Shown one piece after another: positions 1 to 10,400 of a stretch of 64,000 bases of DNA. Origin of the DNA: Podarcis cretensis (Eukaryota); contig OX638149.1 of the NCBI GenBank assembly GCA_951804945.1, forward strand, positions 23,622,001 through 23,686,000. Direction: 5' to 3'. Position 1 is the stretch's first letter. Each line of letters begins with the position of its first letter. The position numbers were made by a program, and so were the translations under genes. The notes beneath the pieces are model-generated. The model saw nothing but the letters and a program-made list of their open reading frames with translations, did not search any database and had not been told where the DNA came from.

Positions 1-18
1 TAACCCGAGGTACCACTG
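1..18. mobile_element. Right end of a Tc1/mariner (Tigger/pogo-like) MITE
   Basis: TAACCCGAGGTACCACTG+TA, the same terminus as the elements at 9042 and 28591. Confidence 0.7.
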
Positions 19-490
19 TATTTCTGATGCAGTGGTTGCTAATTGTTAACGTAGTTTCTCTCTGGCCTTAGAAACTTCTGCACCAGAAACTACAATGTGC
101 ACAGTTCTCTCCCATGCATGGCTAGCACTTCCTTTGAGCCCAGCCTAGATCTGCCCCCCGACTAAATGCTAAAGCTCCCACTGCAGGTAACCCATAAACT
201 TTGGAGGCGACTGGAGCTTTGACCAATTCAGAAGTTATTTGCAAGCGTCAGTTTAGCTTTATTCAGATAATTATTCTTCAATTTCTTTATTAGGCTATAG
301 TGGCAACCCTACTGAAATTTCAGATGAAGCAGGCAATAAGCAGTACTCAGTTCATTCACTCATGCTTGAAAGTTGTGTGTACTCATAGCAATTACATATA
401 CAGCAGGCAGGTGTTTGCCATGTACAAAAATAAATGGACTAAATCACATGTTAACTACTTTTATTTGAAATCTTTTTTCTAAAATTGCAG

Positions 491-578
491 TGGTTCAACT
501 TGAATTCTCTCTTGACGGGTCCAGAACTAATATCTGATACTTATCTTGCACTTTTCCTGGCCCAGTTACAACAGGAAG
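491..578 (+). CDS. ATXN3: ATXN3 exon (human exon 6 equivalent), Josephin domain with catalytic Asn
   Basis: ttgcag|TGGTTCAAC...CAGGAAG|gtaatg, 88 bp, WFNLNSLLTGPELISDTYLALFLAQLQQE. Confidence 0.95.
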
Positions 579-1831
579 GTAATGCTAACTTTGAAATATT
601 GAGCCCTGTTATTTGAAAGCAAGAGTAAAATTCAAAGGCCAACCAATGATGTTCATGCAAGAAGTCTGTCTTCCTCAATTTTATGAATAAAACAATGACA
701 TCCACTAAGTGTACTAGTTATAATGAAGGGAAGACAGAATCCAAAATATTGGCAAATGACAGTTTTATTCTCTTCCCTATTCCCCCTGCTCTCCCCCCCC
801 CCCCCCCGTTGTAATGTTTCTTGATAAGTTTTGGTCTCTCATATTTTGGCTACTTGCTTTTACTTTCTTCAGGCTATTCAATATTTGTGGTAAAGGGTGA
901 CCTTCCAGATTGTGAGGCTGACCAGTTACTGCAAATGGTTCGGGTGCAGCAGATGCAGCGGCCAAAATTGATTGGGGAAGAGACACTGCAATCAAGAGAT
1001 CAGAGGTAAGGTAAATAAAAACTTGTATTTTAATCAGTGTTGAGCGTTGGATGTGAGTAACTCTGAAAGTAAGCAAGGAAATACAGTAAGAGATAACTAC
1101 TACCCTTTTGTAGCAGGAGTGAGAGTAATTCAAAACATCTTTCTTTCTGCCTGCTTTTATCTGCAAAACTCTTTTGTGTAGGCTAGAGATGAACTCTTAG
1201 CTTCCTTGTCCCTGAGTGTTCACTTGCCACTTCTTCCAACTTCGCGGCTGTTGTCCTCCACACAATACTAAGTAGGACATATATTTCCCTATGCCACCTT
1301 ATCAGTGGGAAGGTTGTATAAGAACAATAAAAGGTACAGGCAGCCCCCCACTGACGTGTGTTCAATATGTGTCTGACCATGTATCGCACCAAACCCGGAA
1401 GTAACCCAGAAACATAATAAAAGATGCCCCTAAGAAGGTGGAATGGGGGCAGAGTAGGTAGTGGGGGCAGAACAGGGTGTTTGCAGGCTTTTTCAATTGC
1501 ACCCAATTTCATGGAAGTGTGCTATGATGCAGAACACAACACCCACGCAAATCAGGGGTTGCCTATATATCAGATTTGGAATTACAAGTTTTACATTATG
1601 TCTGTATAGTGCACTGCTGGGGGGTGGGGGAAACTTCATTTGTATAGAAACTCTAAAGAGCATGCTTCCCTAGGTTTATAGCTATCCATTTGAATGCAAA
1701 TCTACCAAGGATTCCAAGCACAGAGAGCTGTTCCAAAGAGCCCACCCATGATAATATTCACCACCTTTCCTCCTGCCACACCTCTCTTGAAAGGCATCCT
1801 CCATTATTAGATTCATACTAACCATATTCCG

Positions 1832-1874
<43 letters not shown>

Positions 1875-4800
1875 TCTTTATTGTCATTGCCCCCTCTCGG
1901 GGACAACGAAATTACTTGGCTGCTCCATCCACCCAGGTAGGGCACTCCACTCAAAATCAGAACAACTATAAAAACACTAATTAAAACAATACAGTATAAT
2001 ACAGCAAGGAAGATTAGATGACTTTCAAAGTCCAGGTTTCCCATTCAGGGCCGAGATCGCTCTGGAGGTGAGCTCTGCTTACCTGTTTAGCAGGTTTCCA
2101 GAATGGCAAAGCAACATTTGTCTTTGACTACATAAATGCCATCAGTTGTGACTCATAAAGAAATGAATGCTCTCACTATGATGGAGAAAACCTAACCAAC
2201 ACTGCCTAACTTGGTGGAGGGAGTGTGTGCCTCTTCTAGTATTATTGACGTGAAGAAAACCCCATTCCCTGTTATCCTCTATTACGTTCCGGGCTAGAGC
2301 TGGGAATGCAGCTTGAGAGTTATTTTGATACTTAGCATGCTTTTGTTCAAAGTAGCTCCATCAGATTCTTCATGTTGTTTTCTACTCTTTCTACTGTTGT
2401 GTGTGCTATGAGGAAAAATATTTGATAAGTTTGAATCTTTTTTAAAAAAGATCTTAAATGTTTTTCCCACTGCTTTGAAAATGTGGTAGAACTTGACGTT
2501 AGAATGAAGCCATTTTTAACTTTGTAATCCTTGCAGGGTACAAAAAACAGACCTCGAACCAGCTGTAGATGTTAATCCTCCCTTCGATGGTACAGGCATG
2601 TTAGATGAAGATGAAGAGAATTTCCAAAAAGCACTTGCTCTCAGCAGACAGGAAATAGATATGGAGGATGAAGAAGCAGATCTCCGTAGGGCCATTCAAC
2701 TTAGTATGCAAGGTAAAATGCTCTTTTAGTTTGCCGCCCCTGGAATGTCCCCTCCCTGTAGACCCAGTTGTCACCATCCTTTTTAAAATAATTTAATCAA
2801 CAGGCAAGACTTTTTTATTCTCTGAAGACTTTCAGTGCGTGATTGGTGGTGGTTTTTATTTTTTTATACTGCTAATTTTTTTAGGAGGAATTTGGATTAT
2901 AAACCACTGAAAAACTGTAAATAGAAGAGTAGAAAATTAAAATCATTTTAAATTTAATCTGCTGTATCCCAGTAATGGTGTATGTGCATGTTTTAATTTT
3001 AGGAGGCGGCCTTAGAAGTGGTTTCCCAGATTCTTGCACACAAAACGTCCCACATTCATCTGCAACAAGCCACTCTGAATCTCTTACGTCAGAAGAGCTG
3101 CGGCGGCGAAGACAGGCCTATTTTGAAAAGTAATGTAGACACTGCAAAGTGGGATTTGTTCGTAGCAGTCCCAGAAGTATTTCATTACTTGGCCATTGCA
3201 TTAAGTAATACCAGTGTTTTACTGGTATCTCTAACTCCCTCTCCTGGGCCTCATCACATTTGATTGATTTATGATCAGTTAATTTATTCAAGACTATTTT
3301 CACATCAGTGGTTGTCTAGTAAATGCTTTCTCAATTCTGTAGATGTCTCGATTACTTTGTAAAAACATTCGGGTGGGTAGCTGTGTTCGTCTGCTGCAGC
3401 AAAAATAACTATGTTGCTTTTGATTCATTTTATTCTTGGCTGTGGCACAGGATTGGGCTAGGTTTTTCCATCCTGCCTAATAAATATTTTAGAATTGGGT
3501 AGATATTCCTTTTAAAAATGTATATAATTGACTATCAAAAAAAAAAAGCACTGCTACAGCTCATCACTCTTGTTAGGTCAGTACTTTACAATCTTAACAC
3601 AAATACTGTTCCATTACTGAAAAGGAAAATGAAGCAAACTAAGGGTTTGCATCTGATGTCACACAAGCAGAATTCTGTTCCAAAAGGTCCCCCAAAGCCC
3701 TGGGGCAGATTTGGAGGGGGGGAAGCAGGGGGAGGATGGGAAGAAGATGTCCTGTTGCACAAGCAGAGGTCTGCGAATGGGAAATCTGTTCCACTCAGGC
3801 AACAGCGGCATTGAATGAAACTCTTAAAGCCAAGATGGGAAGGCAATGACCAACGCGGGTAGCAGACCTTTATAACATTGCCAAGGGCAGATCTTGCTGT
3901 GAATGTTATTTAAACTGGTATGTATGTGAATGAATATTTACCCTTACTTTACAACATCACAGAACTTGTTTAGTCAAAATTAGAACTGCATATTTAGATT
4001 CCACTTTTAAAACTATTATTGACTGTTCTAGACAGCAGCAGTTGCATCAGCAAGTTCAGAACCCAGGTTTCCATGATGCACCAGTTACAAATTCAAATAC
4101 ACTGGTCACTGATCCAGGTATTACTTTCCTTCTATCATATTACCATATATGTGTTACCTTACTGTCTGGCCTACTGTTTTTAGAAGACATCTGAAGGCAG
4201 CCCTGTTTAGGGAAGTTTTTAATGTTTAATGCTTTATCATGTTTTTACTATTCTGCTGGGAGGGGCCCAGAGTTACCAGATGGGTGGGGAATAATCATCA
4301 TCATCATCATCATCATCATCCTTTCTTTCTAACTTGGTGGGTCATCATTTCAGTCTTGACTTGGGAAGATTTGGTATGGCTATCTGTATAGTTTAGCAGG
4401 TGAATGAATGATACGGTGCATGTTTGTGTATTTTCTACTAACTATCTAGCCTCGTGTTTCAGTCAGTCAAGAGGCAATCTAGAGCAATTACTAACTCATC
4501 ATTAGCTGTGACTGCAGGTGCACCTATAAAGAATGCAAAAAGGAGAAACTAGTTATCAGAAGTGCCAACTGTGAACATTTGCTGTAGCTCAACACATTTC
4601 AGAACTGAAGTCCTTCAGGAACAATCTAGAGAGAATCAAAACTGTAAAAGACAACTATTGATGTGTAAACAAAATACTATTCAAACTGTTTGAAATCTTA
4701 GAGATATATACAGTTGTACCACGGATGTCGAAGGGAATGCGTCCCGGGAGTCCCCGTTCAACTTCCAAAACGTTTGGCAACCAAGGCGCGGCTTCCGATT

Positions 4801-5607
4801 CGGAACCTGCATAACCCGACTTCGTAAACTGGAACACTCACTTTCGGGTTTGCGGCGTTCTGGAGCCAAAACGTTTGACTCGCAAGGCATTCGACTTCTG
4901 AGGTATGACTGTAGTTGCCGAAAGAAGCCATCATTTAAGAGCAGTGTAACAAAGAAAACAATAGAAATTGTTAAAACTACATTAACAGGCTCTTCAGTTC
5001 TGACATGCATTGATTACTAGTTGGCACTTTGGATAACTAGTTTCTCTTCTTACTTTTTTTGGGGGGGAGAGGGTTTGCAGCCATAAAACATAATGGGGTT
5101 GCTGACAGTATACCATCGCCAGTGAGGGCCCAGAGTACCCCAACCATACATGCTGTTTAATCTCCAGAGCAAGCAAGTCTGATTTCTTTCTTCATGCCAC
5201 ATTATAGGGAAGAAACTGATATGGAGCACTATTTCTTGGAATTCTCCATATTCTATTTGTTGGATCAAGACAAGTGCAAGTCATTATTGATCTTCTTGCT
5301 ACATGCTCAGTAGCCAGGATAACTCTTCCACCCCCACCCTCTAGCAGATGGGTGCATGCTGAACTTTTTTTAAAAAAACTACACTGCTATTAAAAACTGA
5401 GCATTAAGGTATAATGAAGTCAGTAAAATCTAAAAAGAGAAACGACATATACATTTCCCCTTTTTATAGCTGTATTTTAGAACCTAATGCATTTTATCTT
5501 CTATTTTGCCAGGAGGTGATATGAGTGAAGAGGATATGCTTCAGGCAGCTATGAATTTGTCCTTGGAAACTGTTAGAAACAGCTTGAACGCAGAAGAAAA
5601 GAAATGA
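491..5607 (+). CDS. ATXN3: Ataxin-3 (Josephin-domain deubiquitinase), 3' part; 5' exons lie upstream of the window
   Basis: Six GT-AG exons (491-578, 873-1005, 2537-2712, 3003-3129, 4032-4117, 5513-5607) splice in frame to WFNLNSLLTGPELISDTYLALFLAQLQQEG-YSIFVVKGDLPDCEADQLLQ...DEENFQKALALSRQEIDMEDEEADLRRAIQLSMQG...LTSEELRRRRQAYFEKQQQ...MSEEDMLQAAMNLSLETVRNSLNAEEKK*. Confidence 0.97.
873..1005 (+). CDS. ATXN3: ATXN3 exon 7 equivalent
   Basis: cttcag|GCTATTCA...GATCAGAG|gtaagg, 133 bp, GYSIFVVKGDLPDCEADQLLQMVRVQQMQRPKLIGEE. Confidence 0.95.
1833..2075 (-). mobile_element. LINE 3' fragment (Rex1/Babar- or L2-like) with (ATT)n tail
   Basis: Minus strand ends TTTCGTTGTCCCCGAGAGGGGGCAATGACAATAAAGAT(ATT)n. 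Confidence 0.5.
2537..2712 (+). CDS. ATXN3: ATXN3 exon 8 equivalent (UIM1 and UIM2)
   Basis: ttgcag|GGTACAA...ATGCAAG|gtaaaa, 176 bp, DEDEENFQKALALSRQEIDMEDEEADLRRAIQLSMQ. Confidence 0.95.
3003..3129 (+). CDS. ATXN3: ATXN3 exon 9 equivalent (VCP-binding motif/NLS)
   Basis: ttttag|GAGGCGG...TTTGAAAA|gtaatg, 127 bp, ...LTSEELRRRRQAYFEK. Confidence 0.92.
4032..4117 (+). CDS. ATXN3: ATXN3 exon 10 equivalent (polyQ exon)
   Basis: ttctag|ACAGCAGCAGTTG...GATCCAG|gtatta, 86 bp, QQQLHQQVQNPGFHDAPVTNSNTLVTDP; phases match both flanking exons. Confidence 0.9.
4165..4320 (+). mobile_element. L2-type LINE 3' end with (CAT)n tail
   Basis: TTTAGAAGACATCTGAAGGCAGCCCTGTTTAGGGAAGTTTTTAATG; same family as 17140-17360 in the opposite orientation. 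Confidence 0.6.
4711..4911. mobile_element. Tigger/pogo-like MITE
   Basis: TA|CAGTTGTACC...GGTATGACTG|TA, imperfect TIRs, CpG-rich interior. Confidence 0.7.
5513..5607 (+). CDS. ATXN3: ATXN3 last coding exon (UIM3) with stop
   Basis: tgccag|GAGGTGATATG...AAATGA, GDMSEEDMLQAAMNLSLETVRNSLNAEEKK*. Confidence 0.95.
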
Positions 5608-8045
5608 CAAAAATTCCTAGTTTTATTTTATCGAAACACTAAATCCTGTATTAATCCTATGCGGGTGGTATAAAGGTAGGGTTCATTTCACTGATGTACC
5701 AAAGCAGGATATAGCCCTAAAACCTATGGGGCTGAGGATCAGAATTAAAAGGCAATTGCATATAATAAAAATAAAGTCTTCTCACCTCAAGGTTTTAGTT
5801 CCCCATGCCACTAGTTCTAATCAAGATTGTAGATTTGCTGCACGTGAGCAAAAGGATTATCAGTTTGTTCTAAAATCTCAACTCGCCTTCCTGATCCATA
5901 GATGTTCTGGGTAAGTTAGTGATTCCTGCAATTAGTTGTATGGGGTAGGAGCCCTGTTCAGTTGTGATGGCGTATTCTTGCGGGTTTCTGCACAGCAAAA
6001 TCAACTGTACCCAGTTACACAGAGGTCCGGTCCTGAGGCTTTTCTGTTAGGATGCCAGCATTGGGTGACACCTTCAGCTTCATCGGCTCACGTACATGCC
6101 TTAAGGCATTCCAAACACTTCTGTATTTTGGATATTTTAAGCCTATATAAATATAATTTGCCTTTCACTTCTGAAAGATATTTCTGTTACACAGTTTAAA
6201 AAAAAGGAAAGTTGGCTTGTATTCTCAGTCCTTCTTACGCAAACTATTTTAATAGACGAAATTAAATAAAGTTATTTTACCAGTATAAGAAAAGATGCAA
6301 AAAAAGGTCTGGTTCCAAACTGAATTTTGATTGTTTTAAGGACTGCAAGAGATACAAACTAACAAGCCCATCTTGCATCTTTTTCAACTGTAATTTTTTT
6401 TCTTTTTTTTTTGTAGTAGGAGGAAAGGGAACGTTTTCATTTGTTATACTCTTTCTGCTAAATTTTGGGCAGTTCTGCCCTCAATGCACTGTTTTAGCAC
6501 TCTGATTCCCTGAACTTTGGTTGAATAGCTGAAGTAACAAGTTGTGGAGCATATTTCAGAACCAGTTACTTTAATTCCTATTCTTTTGCTTGGGAATTGT
6601 TTTCTGATCCCTCGTTTTATCCTTTCTCCCCGTTCCTGTGTTTCTATACAAGTGTTAGACTGGATAAGCAAAATAAACTGCCTTACATTGAGTTAAACCA
6701 TTGGTCTATTTAGTCCAGTACCATCCCCTCTGACTGGCAGTGGGATCTTCAAGGTCTCGAGCAGAGGTCTTTGCCATCCCTGCTTCCTGAGTTTCTTTTA
6801 ACTGGAGAAACCTGGGGTTAAACCTGGGAGTTTCTGCATGCAAAGCATGTACTCTGCCACTAAGCTAAGGCCTTCCCAGAATTCCAGGCTTCTTTTTTTA
6901 GGAGTAAAGAAGATAAGGAAACATTTTAATGCCATGACTTCAGTGCCACCTGTATACCTGCTTTCTGAAATGAACCCTGCATGGTTACCTATGTGTTAAG
7001 AATGGATATTCATAAATGAATGTGTGTGGGTGTGTGTTCTATCAGATGTTAATGAATGTCCTCTACCTGTAAGATTTTTGCCGCTTTTCATGAATGGCCT
7101 TTGTTCATGCACCTTACAGTTTTTTTTTCTATCGTGTCTGTTACTGAGGAAAATGGGGGAGCAAACTTAGAGCTATTTTTTTTATTCTGTTAGTTGAGGT
7201 ATACAAGAGTACTACGGGAGGATGACCACATTTGGCATTCTGTATTACAAAAAAAAAAAACAGTTTTAACATTTTTATTTTGTAAATGGTGCTTTAAGCA
7301 TATATTATGTTTACATGTGTATCTTATGGCTATGGTATTGGGATGTTTACAGTGTTCAGACTGTATACTCTGCTTAAACCATAGGCATTTGCCAGGTATA
7401 CCAAGAAAAATATTGCAAAGCCTATTGTTAATTTCTTTTGATAATGTTTTCAAAATTAATTATATTATTGCACCATCTTGAAGTGTCATCCTTAGCTACT
7501 GAATGATAGATAACTGTATGCAAATATATGGTACGACAAAGGAATACATTACAAATAAGAACACTTGGATTTTGATAATGTTTGTTTACAACAGTGAGCT
7601 TTAGATGCTTGGCTAGTTATAGAAGCTGAATCCCATTTATCTTACTTGCATGCTTCATGTTTTGTTGATCTCTCTAAAAACCATTGCATAAGTATGGATA
7701 ATGGGATTTGGCCCTGAGGGTAAGCATTGCTTTTGAGAATGCATCTAGCTTTACCATTTCCATAAAACTAAGGCAACACTGTTTTGCGCTACACAATTTA
7801 CTTGATTTATTAACAGGAGGAAATTAGCTTGCCAAACTTAATGCACAGTCATTGTTTTTAAAACTTCTGCACCATTAGTTACATAAAGCTGTCAGCGTTG
7901 ATTTTTTGTTTTTGCTTTTAAAGTATTACTTGAAAACAAATATGCGAATGGATTCATATAAAACATGAAATCATACCAGTCTGTAAAAATGATGATTTTA
8001 TTTCCTTTGTACTTTTCCAATAAATCGTGTTCTTTTGAACAAGTT
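5608..8045 (+). other. ATXN3: Putative ATXN3 3' UTR with candidate polyA signals
   Basis: AU-rich sequence after the stop; AATAAA near 5764, 5770, 6265, 6672 and 8019-8024. The true 3' end cannot be determined from sequence. Confidence 0.5.
6678..6878 (-). mobile_element. tRNA-derived SINE (Squam3-like) in the putative ATXN3 3' UTR
   Basis: Minus strand: GCCTTAGCTTAGTGGCAGAGTACATGCTTTGCATGCAGAAACTCCCAGGTTTAACCCC (A/B boxes) followed by a typical body. Confidence 0.7.
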
Positions 8046-8908
8046 GAATCTGGTGGAATTTAGGGCCACTTTTTTTCAAGATACTTTTACTTGAGTGCAT
8101 ATATCCCAAGAACAAAATATACATGGACCACATCAATTATGGAAGGTGTGCAGAGGTTTCTAAATCTACCTTTCCATTTAGAATACACCAAAGATGGAGG
8201 TCTGTTGTTGCAAAATTTATAGAGTACAGCTGTGGTTCAAACTTACACACACCTTACAAAATGGATGCTGTACATGTATTTGTGTATCCTTTAGTTATTT
8301 TGAAACACAAGACTTCTTTATATGGAAACAAGACTTCCAAAAACTAGCTTTAAAATGCATTTGAAAGGCATGGTAGCAGCCCCTGACCTTTATATGCTGT
8401 TCCTAAGGGTTATGTTAATGGAAAGCCTTCAACCTTGTTTATCTTTAGTTTAAAAATCTTACATGAACTCTCTCCATGAGTTTGGACTGCAGTTTATGAA
8501 CAAAACCTGTTGTCCAGTAATGTCAGTGTCAGAACTACCTGAAGCATGGAAAACATTGAATGTATCTTCTGTTCATCTCATAGCCTAATTTCCATATTAG
8601 GGGAATGTAGAATCCAGTTCTGGCAGGAAGGTAAACAGATTTCTTTCAAAGCTTCTAATGTTAAGCTGATACGTATTGGATACTTGTCTTCACGTTCTAG
8701 CCAGGTTCTGCGTTAACTTTATTAGGCTTTTTGATTCAGCCATCTTTTAATCCTGCTGAGCACCACCAGCACATTCATTATCTTCAAAACCAGAATTATG
8801 TCAGCAGAGTGTGTGTTGGGGTGTGCGTATGCAACTTCTGTAACTAAATAAGTTGATAATGTGTGCAGCGCTCAACAACCCTGTTGAAGACAGCGCTATT
8901 TTGAGAGA

Positions 8909-9518
8909 GGGAGCAGGTGGCGCTGTGGTCTAAAGCACAGAGCCTCTTGGGCTTGCCGGTCAGATCAGAAGGTCCGCAGTTTGAATCCTCGCGATAGTGG
9001 TGAGCTGCTGTTGCTCGGTCTCAGCTTCTGCCAACCTAGTACAGTGGTACCTCTGGTTAAGAACTTAATTCGTTCTGGAGGTCCGTTCTTAACCTGAAAC
9101 TGTTCTTAACCTGAAGCACCACTTTAGCTAATGGGGCCTCCTGTTGCCGCTGTGCCGCTGCTGCACGATTTCTGTTCTCATCCTGAAGCAAAGTTCTTAA
9201 GCCAAGGTACTATTTCTGGGTTACCGGAGTCTGTAACCTGAAGCGTCTGCAACCCGAGGTACCACTATAGTTCAAAAGCACACCAGTGCAAGTAGATAAA
9301 TAGGTACCGCTGCGGTGGGAAGGTTAACAGCGTTTCTGTGCATTCTGACTTCCGTCACAGTGTTTTGTTGCGCCAGAAGCAGTTTAGTCATGCTGGCTAC
9401 ATGACCTGGAAAGCTGTCTGTGAACAAACGCCGGCTCCCTTGGCCTAAAACAAGATGAGCGCCACACACCACAGTCTCCTTTCACTGGACTTATCCGTCC
9501 AGGGGTCCTTTACCTTTA
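8909..9518 (+). mobile_element. Sauria SINE interrupted by a Tigger-like MITE
   Basis: Head CAGGTGGCGCTGTGGTCTAAA, body GTGCAAGTAGATAAATAGGTACCGC, tail CCTTTACCTTTA. Confidence 0.85.
9042..9267. mobile_element. Tigger/pogo-like MITE nested in the SINE
   Basis: TA|CAGTGGTACCTCTGGTTAAG...AACCCGAGGTACCACTA|TA; close paralog at 28591-28816. Confidence 0.85.
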
Positions 9519-9689
9519 TCTCCTTTGAGATGACACAGCTGACGGCCCTGGTTGGAAAAATACTAAATATTGGATGCTGAGCCCACGACTGGGAAAGAAA
9601 TTTTGCATTAACATTGTCTGAATAAGATTAGGGCACAGAATGTTGGAGTGAAAGAAACTTCATTTGACTGAATCAGACCCCTTTCGGAG

Positions 9690-10400
9690 TAAACGTGCCC
9701 AGGATCGGTTACCCCGCCTCCCGCCCTTGCCTTGCCACCCTCCGAACCGACTGGAGCTCGGCGAAAGCCGGGCTGCCTGCGCTTCTCCCGCTCGCGGCTT
9801 GAGGGCGCCGCCGCTTTATCCTCCCGTATCCCGGCTGGCCTTGCTCTACGGGCCACGTCCCTGGGCGTCCGGAGGGGCGCGCTAGCGGCTGCCGCTCTAT
9901 GGTGCAGCTGGGAGGTGTCATGGCGGCCGTTGAGGTGGCAGCCCAACCTGGAGGCCCCACGGCTGACTGAAGAAAGGAGCCCGGGCTGGAGGGGAAGCGC
10001 GAGGTGCTTCATGGCGGCCCCGGAGCTCTGAAGGAGGCCCAGCAGCTGGCTTCCCTTCTCTGGGCTGCTGGCCGAGGCAGGCGGGCGTGGGGAAGCGGCG
10101 CTGAGGGGAACCGGCGGCAGCAGCTGCTCTTGGCGGCGGCGGCGGCGGCGCCTTGTTTTTCCCCTTCGACAGCTGAGCGGCAGCGGTGATGGCGTCGTGG
10201 CTGGGCGGCCTGGGAGCGGGACTGGGGCAGTCCCTGGTGGGCCAGGTGGGAGGCAGCCTGTCCACCCTGACGGGTCAGATCTCCAGCTTCACCAAGGATA
10301 TGCTGCTGGAAGGCGGCGCGGAGGAGGTGGGAGGTAAGGAAAGTGGGGGGCTGGCTGGAGGGAGGGAGGGAGGGGAAGGTGGCAGCACTCAGGGGTCCTC
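9690..10400 (+). promoter_or_regulatory. TRIP11: CpG-island promoter / 5' UTR of TRIP11
   Basis: Abrupt GC/CpG-rich segment spanning exon 1; ATGGCGGCC (YY1-like) motifs at 9920 and 10011; (GGC)6 at 10132-10149. Confidence 0.85.
10189..10333 (+). CDS. TRIP11: TRIP11 exon 1 (ALPS motif)
   Basis: gtgATGGCGTCGTGG...GTGGGAG|gtaagg; [48 protein letters not shown]. Confidence 0.95.

Noticed and set aside
1682-2044. ORFs with poly-Ile/Leu/Asn runs resembling membrane proteins (also 16956, 62186, 63512-63966)
   Set aside because: Translations of (AAT)n microsatellites or LINE tails.
9608-10265. Overlapping long ORFs on both strands, suggesting a divergent gene
   Set aside because: Expected stop-codon depletion in a CpG island; no recognisable protein or splice structure.
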